A stretch of DNA of 64,000 nt, taken from the NCBI GenBank assembly GCA_035193785.1, contig CP136572.1:2324578-2388577 (forward strand), written 5' to 3'. Made by a program: the position numbers and the translations under genes. This document shows positions 1 through 10,919 of the stretch, piece after piece. The first letter of the stretch is position 1. Each line of letters starts with the position of its first letter. The stretch is from Planktothrix sp. GU0601_MAG3 (GTDB lineage: Bacteria; Cyanobacteriota; Cyanobacteriia; Cyanobacteriales; Microcoleaceae). The notes under the pieces are model-generated. The model had not been told where the DNA came from, ran no database searches, and worked only from the letters and a program-made list of their open reading frames with translations.

Positions 1-610
1 TCGGGTCTTGCTTTAAGTTTCCCTCGGTTAATAATTCCCCTAAATTTAAAGTAATAACGGGTTGTTGTGGGCTAGTCCGTCGGAGTTGAACTAAATTCAA
101 ATCCGCCGCTTGAGTTAGACCGCCAGCGATTTTGATGGCTTGGGTTAGTCGAGCAAATTGTTGATCTGCTGCTAGAGTATAGGAACCTGGACGATAGACT
201 TCTCCGGCGATCGCAATCTGTACCGGACGAGGTACAGTTAAATTGACGGTAATCACTGGTTGTCGGAGTATGGTTGAATAGAGTCGAGTGATCAATTTTT
301 GAGTTTCCACCAGGGTCAAACCCACCACCGGGACAGGCCCAATCCCTTGAAGACTAATGGTTCCATCGGCGAGAACCGATTGTTCGCCCCCATATCGTTC
401 TACCCCAAAAACATCCACGCGAATTCTATCCCCCACTCCTAAGAGATATGGAAAATCCCGCACTTGGTTAACCGTGACGGGTTGCCTTTTGGGTAGGAGA
501 GGACTGATTAGGGTAGTATTTTGGGCTTTAACCGGGAAGGCGGAAATTAGGGGAATTCCTACAAGCAAAGTTAGGTGAGTCAAAAAATAACTAATACAGC
601 GAACAGACAT
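1..610 (-). CDS. Polysaccharide export protein, Wza/SLBB family (5' part; continues off the window)
   Basis: Manual translation from ATG at 610: MSVRCISYFLTHLTLLVGIP...YLLGVGDRIRVDVFGVERYGGEQSVLADGTISLQGIGPVPVVGLTL...RPVQIAIAGEVYRPGSY. These are Poly_export and SLBB motifs. Confidence 0.85.
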   Translation of the reverse strand, partial: MSVRCISYFLTHLTLLVGIPLISAFPVKAQNTTLISPLLPKRQPVTVNQVRDFPYLLGVGDRIRVDVFGVERYGGEQSVLADGTISLQGIGPVPVVGLTLVETQKLITRLYSTILRQPVITVNLTVPRPVQIAIAGEVYRPGSYTLAADQQFARLTQAIKIAGGLTQAADLNLVQLRRTSPQQPVITLNLGELLTEGNLKQDP

Positions 611-780
611 AAAATTATAAAATTAATACAGGTTATCCACCAGAGTCCTTATTCATCTATTCTAGCTAACAATTGTGAACCCTTCAAAATCCAGACCTGA
701 AGGCCCCCTCAGAAGTCACATTGAATAATTAATTAATACCCTCGGATTGCGGAAAAACTAATCCAATTATTTCAAAGGAG

Positions 781-809
781 TTGCCAAGACAGAAAAGCTA
801 TGTTATATT
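781..809 (+). promoter_or_regulatory. Putative sigma70-type promoter of tRNA-Val
   Basis: TTGCCA (781-786), 17-nt spacer, TATATT (804-809) with an upstream TG; ends 12 nt before the tRNA. Confidence 0.55.
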
Positions 810-821
810 GATAAGTTGTGC

Positions 822-893
<72 letters not shown>

Positions 894-1180
894 TTTAGAT
901 TTGATGAACCTTAAACCCCTCAGTGCAAAGCAATTGCGCTACCAATGCGTACAGTGTGTTCATGATCTGGTGTACGCGATTTGTGCCTGTAGCCCAAAAA
1001 TCTAACAATTTATCATTGACTTACTAGGAACGAATTGGGGGTAAAGAGAAGGCGAAAAAAGTATTTTCAGGTGGACTGGAAGCATTGATTGAAGATATAA
1101 ACAGTGCTATCGTCGCTTCAATCCTAATATTTCTAATTATTGCCTAACAAAGTTTTGAGAGTTTTTATGGGAGAAGCATT

Positions 1181-2450
1181 ATGACTATCCTTTCAAGATT
1201 ATCTGGTATTAATACAGAAAATTATAAGAAGCTAGAATATCTTTTAAAAAGGGGCAATTGGGAAGAAGCTGATAGTGAAACGGCTAGATTAATGCTTCTA
1301 ATAGGGACTGATAAAAAGAGAGAAATTCCGTATCTTAATCAAGAAGAGATTAAAAAATTTTCCTATCCTGACTTATTGGCAATTAATGTATTGTGGGATT
1401 ATTATAGTGACGACAATAAATTTGGATTTACACGTCAAGCTTCTTTATGGGATGTAATTATTGAAAATAAACACAAAAAACAACACTTTCCTGCTTTTTT
1501 TGATTTAATTTGTGGATACTTTAAGTGGGTGGTTTTTCAAGAAAATAAATTAATTATTAACTCTTTAGAGAATGTAGAGCAATCTAACAAATTTCTTCCT
1601 CGCTGGACTTTAGCAATAATTCTAACAGGCCCAAGAACTTCTGATGTTGTGTGGACACCTGGATTAAAGGGGCTTGAGATTTTGAATAGTTCTATACAAA
1701 TTTTGGGAACAGGCAGTTCTTTAAAAATGATTAATGCTTTCCTGACTTTTGAAGATAGAGAAATTAATATTCTTAAAGATTTTTTTTCACTTGTAGGCAA
1801 TTCCAAGTTAAATGAAGAAACTATTAAGATAGTTCATAATATAGGTTCCAGCCAATTAGATCAAAAGCTGTATAAAGAATTTCCAAATATAAAAAATTCT
1901 TCCAATATTTCAGAAGATGAGAGTATTGAATCCAAAGATAAAAGTATTGAATCCACTAAGTCAGAAATTGAATCTATAGGTGAAACAGCTTGATGAGGCA
2001 GGAGACTTTACACCAACAAACCGAGAGGAAACAAGAAAGCGAATATCACGGTGGATCGCTCAACGACGAGGACAGCCAAAGTTCCGCAAAGAATTGCTTG
2101 AGGCTTACAACTATCGCTGCGCTATTACTGGCTGCAACGCAGAAGAAGCCCTAGAAGCTGCTCATATCATTCCTTACTGCGAAACTGAAGATAATGCTAT
2201 CTACAATGGTTTGCTCTTACGCGCTGACATACATACACTTTTTGACCTTAACCTGATTGCTATAGCTCCAGGTGATAACTATCCAGAGGATGTAGAGAAC
2301 CTTACCATACAAGTTGCGCCCAGCTTGCGGCAAACCTCTTACGGTGAATTACATAATAATCCAATAAAACACGTTCCCAATAATAAATCTGACCTACCTG
2401 ATAAAGATTCTCTTTTATCGCGTTGCCAACAGTGTAGTTGGTTTATATAA
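1181..2450 (+). CDS. GUN4-domain protein (1181-1993) plus HNH endonuclease (1980-2450); probably one ~422-aa fusion split by an extra A at GAAAC 1982-1986
   Basis: GUN4 motifs YKKLEYLLKRGNWEEADSETARLML...DLLAINVLWDYYSDDNKFGFTRQASLW. HNH motifs RRGQPKFRKELLEAYNYRCAITGC...LEAAHIIPY...NGLLLRADIHTLFD. Removing one A gives a continuous ESIGEQLDEAGDFTP. Confidence 0.75.
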
Positions 2451-2540
2451 AACAAAACCTATTATGCAAATAATTTTGTGTAGGTACTTATTAATAGCGA
2501 TCGCTGATCAGAGTTATTCGTGGGATTACGGAGATTAAAT

Positions 2541-2624
2541 TATAGCAGGGAACAGGGAGGAAAAGACTTGAACGTCTAGTTTTTAGCATCACTCTTTGTC
2601 CTAATAGGTCTGGCTACTGCTATA
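2541..2624. mobile_element. MITE-like element with TATAGCAG...CTGCTATA termini
   Basis: Terminal inverted repeat and a subterminal GTCCTAA shared with the element at 59153-59367. Confidence 0.45.
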
Positions 2625-2869
2625 ACTGGACATACTGCTGACTTACAAATGGCCTTTATTCAATTTTTAGCCTTGGGTCTATTTTGGCTGAAAACAAGTA
2701 ACAACAAGCCCGTTCTTCCTTTTTCCCGAATTCCTAAGACATCTTTACAAAACAGTTAAATATTTTAAATAGTTTGTAAAAAAAACTCTAAAGTACCTGG
2801 ATTAAGTTGCTAATATCAAAGCTATATTCGTAAGATGTAAGATATTGTTTAGTTTAGTAGGAATAAGTT

Positions 2870-3073
2870 ATGGCTTTGTTTGAGACTCTGGTAGCTGCTG
2901 TATCTCCTGTTATTGCTCATGAATGTATTCAGGAACATAAGGAAGATATTCGGAAGGTAGTAGATGACACTGTAAAAACTGCTAGCCAGGTTTGTGAGGA
3001 AGGTTGGCAAAGAGATCGTGATTCGGGTGGAATATCTTCTTGGGGAAAAGAATCTGAAACTGCAACTGCTTAG
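2870..3073 (+). CDS. Small hypothetical protein (67 aa)
   Basis: ATG ORF with AGGA-type RBS upstream and a hairpin downstream. No family recognised. Confidence 0.6.
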   Translation: MALFETLVAAVSPVIAHECIQEHKEDIRKVVDDTVKTASQVCEEGWQRDRDSGGISSWGKESETATA

Positions 3074-3109
3074 ATCTAATCTATTGAATCTTTTATAAAT
3101 CTAATCCAT

Positions 3110-3140
3110 GCCCCTTTTAACAAGGGGGCTAAATTTTTTA
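3110..3140 (+). terminator. Hairpin / putative intrinsic terminator
   Basis: GCCCCTT-ttaac-AAGGGGGC followed by AAATTTTTT. Confidence 0.5.
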
Positions 3141-3333
3141 TAAATGATTGAATTAGGCGATCACACCCATGTTCCCCCGTTGTCAAATAATTGGTTTCGG
3201 CGAAAGCGTCCTAAAAAATGGCTAAAAGCGACAAATAATCTGTAAATCACAAAGCGAAGGGTCTTTCTCTAAAAAAATGCTATAATGCTGATTATTAAAG
3301 GGTTTTATTCCTATTTTTTAAAGCGATATTAAT

Positions 3334-6300
3334 GTGGTAAATTCGACATTTGATTTGTTAATCGACAAGACTACAAAATATCAATTTTGGATTGACCGAG
3401 GTGGCACCTTTACCGATATTGTTGCCCGTCAACCCGATGGTGCATTAATCACCCATAAATTATTATCAGAAAATCCACAACAATATTCTGATGCTGTCAT
3501 TCAAGGTATTCGAGAAATATTAAAATTATCCCCCCATCAACCCATTCCCAGTGAGTTAATTTCTGAAGTCAAAATGGGAACCACCGTCGCCACCAACGCC
3601 TTATTAGAACGAAAAGGCGATCGCACTCTATTAATTATAACAGAAGGTTTCAAAGATGCGTTAAGAATTGGCTATCAAAATCGCCCCCACATCTTCGCCC
3701 GTCAGATTATTTTACCAGAAATGCTCTATGAACAAGTTATCGAAGTCGAAGAACGTTATACCGCCCAAGGAGATGAATTAAAACCCGTTAATTTAGACCG
3801 ATTAAAACCCCAATTAGAACGAGTTTATCAAACCGGAATTAGAAGTTGTGCTATTGTTTTAATGCACGGTTATCGCTATCCCCAACACGAACAAAAAATC
3901 GCTATATTAGCCCAAGAAATCGGCTTTACTCAAATTTCCGTTTCCCATCAAGTTAGTCCCTTAATGAAATTAGTCAGCCGGGGAGATACTACCGTTGTAG
4001 ATGCCTATTTATCCCCGATTTTAAAACGGTATATTAATCAAGTTGCGAGTCAATTAAATTGTTACCCTCCCTCTATTCCTCCCTTAGTAAAGGAGGGAAG
4101 AATAAAAAAAGAATTAGAGTTAGAAACTATCGAAAAAAATAATAAGTCTCTCCCCCCATTAGCAAGCAAGGGGGGGGTTAACCCCATCAAATTAATGTTT
4201 ATGCAATCTAATGGGGGCTTAACCAATGCTCAAAAATTCCAAGGAAAAGATAGCATATTATCGGGGCCAGCCGGAGGAATTATTGGCGCAGTTTCAAACC
4301 AGTTTAAAAGCCGGATTTGATTCTATTATTACTTTCGATATGGGTGGAACTTCCACCGATGTCGCCCATTTTAAGGGCGAATATGAACGACAATTTGAAA
4401 CCGAAATCGCCGGGGTGAGAATGCGGACGCCGATGATGGCTATTCATACCGTAGCGGCGGGAGGCGGTTCAATTTTAAGGTTTGACGGGTCACGATATCG
4501 GGTGGGGCCAGAGTCCGCCGGGGCTAATCCTGGGCCAGCTTGTTATCGCAATAACGGGCCGTTAACGGTTACGGATGCTAACGTCATGTTAGGAAAAATT
4601 CAACCCCAATTCTTCCCCAAAGTATTCGGAAAAAATGGCAATTTACCCTTAGATGCTGAAATTGTTTGCCAAAAATTTAGGGAATTAGCGCTAGAAATTC
4701 AAAGCCAAACGGGAGATAACCGCACCCCCGAAGAAGTCGCCACCGGATTTATTACCATTGCGGTTGAAAATATGGCAAATGCTATTAAAAAAATATCCCT
4801 ACAACGGGGTTATGATATTTCCAATTATACCCTTTGTTGTTTTGGCGGGGCGGGTGGTCAACACGCTTGTTTAATTGCGGATACCTTGGGTATAAAACAA
4901 ATATTTATTCATCCCTACGCCGGGGTTTTATCTGCCTATGGAATGGGGCTGGCTGATATCAGAATATTACGAGAAAAAGCCATAGAAAAACCCTTAACTG
5001 AGTTTTTGATTTTTGAGTTAGAACAGATTTTTTTAGATTTGGAAACGGCGGCAAAAGCAGAACTAGAAAATCCCGAATCAAAAATAGAGACAATGCTGAA
5101 ACTCAATCTGAAATATGAGGGAACAGATTCTATATTGTCGATTAATTTTATTAGGAATTTGTCTAGTATAACCCAACAGTTTGAACAACAGCATCTAACC
5201 CGTTATGGATTTATCAAACCGGAAAAAACCTTAATTGTTGAATCAATAACTACGGAAATTATTCAACAAATGGATACCATTGAGGAACCAATATTAAACC
5301 GAACTACAAATCAATCCCCCACCCCCATTGCTGTTGTTCCCATGTATACCCAGGATGAATGGCAACAAACCCCTATTTTTAATCGAAATGATTTACAACC
5401 TGGAGATATTATTCAGGGCCCAGCGATAATTATAGAATCCATTGGCACGAATATTATTGAGTCGGGATGGCAAGGGGAACTAACTGAAAAAAATAATTTA
5501 GTTTTAAAATCCATTCGTGCAATTAAACCTCCTATATTTATGGAAAATCAGGATATTAAAGTTGACCCGGTACGATTAGAAATTTTTAAAAATCTCTTTC
5601 AATTTATTGCCGAACAAATGGGAATTACGTTGCAAAATACGGCAACTTCTGTTAATATTAAAGAACGTCTTGATTTCTCCTGTGCAATTTTTGATCAAAA
5701 CGGTCAATTAGTTGCCAATGCCCCCCATATTCCTGTCCATTTGGGGTCAATGAGTGACAGTATTGAAAGTTTAATTTCTGCCAAAGGAAAAACCTTAAAA
5801 CCCGGGGATGTTTATTTATTAAATAATCCCTACAATGGGGGAACCCATTTACCAGATGTTACGGTTATAACTCCGGTTTTTAGCCCCTTAGTAAAGGGGG
5901 AAAATAGACAGGAACAGACTATTTTATTTTATGTCGCTTCCCGGGGACATCAAGCTGATATTGGGGGAATAACACCGGGTTCTATGCCTCCTAATAGTAC
6001 AAATATTCAAGAAGAAGGAATTTTAATTGATAATATTCAATTGGTGAAAGAAGGTAACTTTTTAGAAACAGAACTGTTAAATTTATTAACATCTGGAAAC
6101 TATCCCGCCCGAAATCCAGCCACCAATATTGCCGATTTACAAGCCCAAATTGCCGCCAATGAAAAAGGCGTTCAAGAACTTTTAAGAATGGTTAAATCCT
6201 ATGGATTAAATACCGTTCAAAACTATATGCAGTTTGTTCAGGATAATGCAGAAGCATCGGTGCGTCGAGCAATTGATGTATTAACCGATGGTGAATTTAG

Positions 6301-7114
6301 TTATAAAATGGACAACGGGGGCATGATTAAAGTTAATATTAAAATCGATAAAAATAACCGCAGGGCAATTATAGATTTTACCGGAACCTCTCCCCAACTC
6401 CTAACTAATTTTAACGCCCCAAAATCCATTTGTAAAGCCGCCGTTTTATATGTATTTAGAACCTTAGTTGATGATAATATTCCCTTAAATGCCGGATGTT
6501 TGAAACCCCTAGAAATTATTATTCCTGACGGTTGTTTTTTAAACCCCCGTTATCCGGCGGCTGTCGTGGCGGGAAATGTGGAAACCTCCCAAGCCATTGT
6601 TGATGCCTTATATGGGGCATTAAACGTGATGTCAGCCTCCCAAGGAACGATGAATAACTTCACTTTTGGAAATCAAAATTATCAATATTATGAAACCATT
6701 TGTGGCGGGTCGGGCGCCGGAATAAATTATCATGGAACCGATGCAGTTCATACCCACATGACCAACTCCCGTTTAACTGACCCGGAAGTATTAGAATGGC
6801 GTTATCCAGTATTATTAGAAGAATTTAGTATCCGAGAAAATAGTGGGGGTTTAGGAAAATTCAAAGGCGGAAATGGTATAATCAGAAAAGTTAAATTCTT
6901 AGCAACCATGACCGCCGGAATCCTATCAGAACACCGAATTATTCCCCCCTTTGGATTAAATGGCGGACAACCTGGATTAGTGGGGAAAAATTATATTATT
7001 CGTAATCATGGAATTGTGGAAAACTTAGAAAGTACCGCCACAGTAGAAATGAATATCAACGATATTTTTGTAATTGAAACCCCCGGGGGTGGGGGCTACG
7101 GGCGGAATTATTAA
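3334..7114 (+). CDS. 5-oxoprolinase / hydantoinase A+B fusion (apparent +1 frameshift at GTTTC 4291-4295)
   Basis: Motifs FWIDRGGTFTD, KMGTTVATNALLERKG, FDMGGTSTDV, NIKERLDFSCA, ETPGGGGYG. Removing one T restores GAVQTSLKAGF. Confidence 0.92.
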
Positions 7115-7123
7115 CATTTATGG

Positions 7124-7151
7124 GTAGAGACTTGCCATGGCGCGTCTCTAC
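7124..7151. repeat. GTAG-type REP-like palindrome between convergent genes
   Basis: GTAGAGAC-ttgccatggcgc-GTCTCTAC. Confidence 0.6.
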
Positions 7152-7180
7152 AAGGATTATAGATATTAGCAGACTATCTA

Positions 7181-7618
7181 TTAAATCTGTTTTTTCATCA
7201 CCAAACAATTGCGCTGGTCGTCTAACCGTATATAATGAAGTTCATCCGTTAATTTAGACATGAAAATCAATCCTCTCCCTCCTTCATGTTCTAAGGGGTC
7301 AGCGTGCCATTTAATTAAAGACTCCAAGGTTTTTTCTAAGTCAAAGGGTTCCCCCCTGTCCCAAATTTTTATTTCAATCCAGGGGGAAAATATCCTAACT
7401 TCTAACTCAATGGGCGTGGTTTCAGGTAAGGTGCGGTGTGCATGACGGACAACGTTAGTAAATCCCTCCGTCAAAGCAATTTGACACTGATGGAAAATAT
7501 CAGAAGGAAGAAAGGCAAAGGCGATTCCTTCAAACCAAAATAACACCTCCTCTAAGGAGGTTAAAGTCGTTTTTACCTGAAGATTTGATTGTGCCAGTAG
7601 CGCTGCATTACTCATCAA
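7181..7618 (-). CDS. Anti-sigma factor / Ser-Thr kinase, RsbW-like (HATPase_c_2)
   Basis: Motifs ALTEGFTNVVRHAH, IWDRGEPFD, EGGRGLIFMSKLTDEL. Confidence 0.85.
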   Translation of the reverse strand: MMSNAALLAQSNLQVKTTLTSLEEVLFWFEGIAFAFLPSDIFHQCQIALTEGFTNVVRHAHRTLPETTPIELEVRIFSPWIEIKIWDRGEPFDLEKTLESLIKWHADPLEHEGGRGLIFMSKLTDELHYIRLDDQRNCLVMKKQI

Positions 7619-7622
7619 TTAT

Positions 7623-8627
7623 CTACATAGCACCGCTGTTTCTATTAAATACGACTATGATGGTTTTGACAATCAACTTCGTGTCATACATCAGACTCCA
7701 ATTTTCCTGATACTTCAAATCTAAACGAATAATATCCTCAAAATTTTTCACCTGAGAACGACCATTAACCTGCCATTCTCCCGTCATCCCGGGTTTCACA
7801 TCTAAGCGTTGCCATTGGGGAACTTCATAACGTTCCACCTCATCGGGTGTCGGTGGACGAGTTCCTACTAAACTCATCTCCCCGGTTAAAACATTCCAAA
7901 ACTGTGGAAGTTCATCCAAACTTGTTCGCCGTAAAAACCGACCAACTTTGGTAATTCGGGGGTCATTATCATTCTTAAAAATAGCTCCTTGTGCTTGATT
8001 AGGAATTTTATCTTTTAAGGCTTCCGCATTGGTACACATAGACCGGAATTTCCAAATCCGAAATCGTTTTCCCATCCAACCGCAACGCACCTGAGCAAAA
8101 AAAATCGGCCCTGGACTGTCTAAACGAATCGCAATAATAATTGGAACCGCTAATACCGATGAAATACTTAAACCAACAATAGCACCCGTTATATCAATTA
8201 ATCGCTTCACCCCAGACCGCACAGAAGGATGGGTCACTGGGAGACGATTTTCTCCTCTGATTTTGTCCTTGAGTTTATCGTCCGCACTCGGAGGTTCAAT
8301 AGTTAATACTTGGTCAAGGGAAGTTAGGGAAAAAACCCCCATTACCTGAGAACCAACGGATTTTAAAACCAACTCAATTCCTTTAGCCTTTGTGGTTTTC
8401 AGGTTACTAATTAGCGCCCCAATACCACTACTATCAATAAATATAGTCAGACTAAAATCAAGAATGATTTTTTTAGGCGGAGGAGTTAAAGCAATTACAT
8501 CCTGACAAGTTGTTTTGAAAGAAACCGCTTCTAAGACACTCAAGCGTTCGGGTAAGCGAACATAGACAATATCTCCTGCTAGGGTAATTTGAAATTTTGC
8601 TTCTGGAATTTGACTAACCCTCTCCAT
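7623..8627 (-). CDS. STAS (anti-anti-sigma) domain fused to a priming bacterial sugar transferase
   Basis: N-terminal ILDFSLTIFIDSSGIGAL (STAS). C-terminal KRLIDITGA, KFRSM, DPRITKVGRFLRRTSLDELPQFWNVLTGEMSLVGTRP. Confidence 0.9.
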   Translation of the reverse strand: MERVSQIPEAKFQITLAGDIVYVRLPERLSVLEAVSFKTTCQDVIALTPPPKKIILDFSLTIFIDSSGIGALISNLKTTKAKGIELVLKSVGSQVMGVFSLTSLDQVLTIEPPSADDKLKDKIRGENRLPVTHPSVRSGVKRLIDITGAIVGLSISSVLAVPIIIAIRLDSPGPIFFAQVRCGWMGKRFRIWKFRSMCTNAEALKDKIPNQAQGAIFKNDNDPRITKVGRFLRRTSLDELPQFWNVLTGEMSLVGTRPPTPDEVERYEVPQWQRLDVKPGMTGEWQVNGRSQVKNFEDIIRLDLKYQENWSLMYDTKLIVKTIIVVFNRNSGAM

Positions 8628-8786
8628 AATTTACTGGGTAGTTGTTATTAATTTTGCTGCCTGGTTTTAATCATACTCAAAAGACAACAGGAAAAGGCGT
8701 TGGTTTAGCGCGAAAAGTCGGACTAATCCTTTTCTGTTATCACAATAGCACCCCAAATTCTAATTATCTTTATTTCCAAAACGATT

Positions 8787-9782
8787 CTAACCTAAAACTT
8801 CCCCCACCGCTAGACGAGTTCCATTCACAAAATCCCAAGCGGACTGCATCCGTTTACCCGCCAATTGGACTTGGGTGAGTAATAATAATCCCTCACCTGT
8901 TTGGATTACTGGCCCTAAACGCTTAATCAGGGCGACTACCTCTCCCGGTTGTCCTGAAAGTTGGGATAAATTTAGCCATTGTTGTGATAAATTCTGGTAT
9001 TCCGGGGGAAATTGAGGGTGATATTCCGGTGCTAAAGGAACCGTAGCACCAACTTTTAAAGATTTTTCTTGAAATGATGTTATACAGTTAGGATAAAACC
9101 CGCGAATTTGGTTATGTAAAGCGATCGCCGACCGATTCCAGTCTAAATGATAATCGTCATCTTTGATTAAGGGAGCATAGGTCGCCAGGGAATTATCTTG
9201 AGGAATAGCCTGAATTTCTCCTCGGTCTAATTTGATTAAGGTTTCTACTAATAAATCCGCCCCCAATTGGGCTAACCTTTGTCCTAAATCCGTGGCATTT
9301 TCTAATAGTCCGATGGGTGTTATCGCCTTTAATAACATCGGCCCGGTATCCATCCCCGCATCCATTAACATTGAGGTGATTCCCGTTTCGGCTTCCCCGT
9401 GATACAAACACCATTGAATAGGGGCGGCGCCGCGATAATAGGGGAGGATGGAGCCGTGGCCATTCACACACCCCAACCGAGGCATCTCCAGAATTTCCGG
9501 GGACAAAATTTGTCCATAGGCTACCACCACAAAAACATCCGCCTGAGCCTCTCGCAACAGTTTTAAGGTGTTTTGATCTTTTTTCACCCGCTTGGGTTGC
9601 CAAACCGATAATTCATGGGTTTGAGCCAACATTTTCACCGGAGAAGGGGTTAATTGACTACCCCGACCCCGGCGTTTATCCGGTTGAGTCACCACCGCCA
9701 AAACTTCAAATTCAGGGTCGGCCAATAATTTTTCTAAACTCGGAACCGCAAATTCAGGCGTACCAAAAAAAATGATTTTCAT
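8787..9782 (-). CDS. fmt: Methionyl-tRNA formyltransferase
   Basis: True start is [16 protein letters not shown] at 9782. Motifs [39 protein letters not shown]. The longer ORF in the track runs through tandem repeats. Confidence 0.95.
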   Translation of the reverse strand: MKIIFFGTPEFAVPSLEKLLADPEFEVLAVVTQPDKRRGRGSQLTPSPVKMLAQTHELSVWQPKRVKKDQNTLKLLREAQADVFVVVAYGQILSPEILEMPRLGCVNGHGSILPYYRGAAPIQWCLYHGEAETGITSMLMDAGMDTGPMLLKAITPIGLLENATDLGQRLAQLGADLLVETLIKLDRGEIQAIPQDNSLATYAPLIKDDDYHLDWNRSAIALHNQIRGFYPNCITSFQEKSLKVGATVPLAPEYHPQFPPEYQNLSQQWLNLSQLSGQPGEVVALIKRLGPVIQTGEGLLLLTQVQLAGKRMQSAWDFVNGTRLAVGEVLG

Positions 9783-9792
9783 TTGAGGGAAA

Positions 9793-10014
9793 AGGGAACA
9801 GGGAACAGGGAACAGGGAGCAGGGGGAGCAGGGGGAGCAGGGGGAGCAGGGGGAGCAGGGGGAGCAGGGGAGGCAGGGGGAGCAGGGGGAGGCAGGGGGA
9901 GCAGGGGGAGGCAGGGGGAGCAGGGGGAGCAGGGGAGGCAGGGGAGGTAAACTCTTGTTATTACCCATTACCCATTACCCATTACCCATTCCCCATTACC
10001 CATTCGTAATTCCC
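9793..10014. repeat. Composite tandem repeat: (GGGAACA)n-(GGGGGAGCA)n-linker-(ATTACCC)n
   Basis: Read directly; lies between the OmpA-domain gene and fmt. Confidence 0.9.
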
Positions 10015-10015
10015 C

Positions 10016-10907
10016 TCAAGGCGTAATAGCTACTTCAATCCGACGGTTTAGTTGTCGATTATTTTCGGAATTATTATCAACGGCGGGACGATTTGACCCG
10101 TATCCAATGGCGGCCCAGTGATAGTTTGTACCAATCGCCTCGGATAAATATTTCATCACCGCTTCTGCCCGACTAAAGGATAAATCTAAATTCTGTTGGG
10201 GACTGCCTTGATTATCCGTATGACCCATAACCCTAACGGCAGAACCCTTATAAGTTTTAATATCGGCAATAATCGTATCTAAAATCACGTTCGCCCCTGG
10301 CCGCAAAATGGTACTACCCACATCAAACAACACATCGCTGGGAAAAGTCACCACCAGGGTATTAGAACTTTGACGACGTTCAGGCTTGGCTGAAATAGCC
10401 ACAGGAGCCGGTTTATTATTTCCTGAACCTGAAATCGGAGGTGCGGAAGCCAATTGCTGTTCCAGAATTTGTAAACGTTCCTCTAGGGGTTCCGTGGGAC
10501 GACTGGCTCCCAATTGACTTTCTACGGCCGCCGTCCGTCCAATCAAGGAATTCAACTGTCCCTGTAACTGCTGTAACTGTATCCGCAGTTGTTGACGTTG
10601 GGGTTTCAGTTAACCGTTGACTGGGTGAGGGAATCGGTGGAGGAGCCGGAGAACTAACCACCGAAGGAGGGACTATTTCCTGGGAACCCCAATTCTGAAC
10701 CCGATTGAGCAACTGCTGCGTCAAAGGCACCTCAGAACTCGAATTCGGATAGACCTGAGCCACGGCTATTCCCACCAACCAAGCGATAGAGGAACCCACC
10801 CCCAAAAGTAGGAGGTTAAACACCGTCGCCCCCAGAAATAATAGACCGCGAAATCGGCGAGGGGATGGCTGGGAAGGTTTAGGACGGGGCTTTGCAGATT
10901 GGGTCAT
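10016..10907 (-). CDS. Membrane-anchored OmpA/MotB C-terminal domain protein (apparent frameshift at 10603-10607)
   Basis: N-terminal TM segment; C-terminal FPSDVLFDVGS, VMGHTDNQG, NLDLSFSRAEAV, NRQLNRRIEV. Removing one base restores TEPQRQQLRIQLQQLQGQLNSL. Confidence 0.85.
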
Positions 10908-10919
10908 AAGTCAGTCTCC

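Noticed and set aside
357..578. Short ORFs antisense to or overlapping clear genes (this one, 1537-1806, 9193-9603, 32168-32557, 56212-56628 and others)
   Set aside because: They are shadow ORFs of well-supported genes and have no recognisable motifs.
894..3330. Integrative element with attL/attR at tRNA-Val
   Set aside because: I found no integrase ORF and no repeat of the tRNA 3' end by eye.
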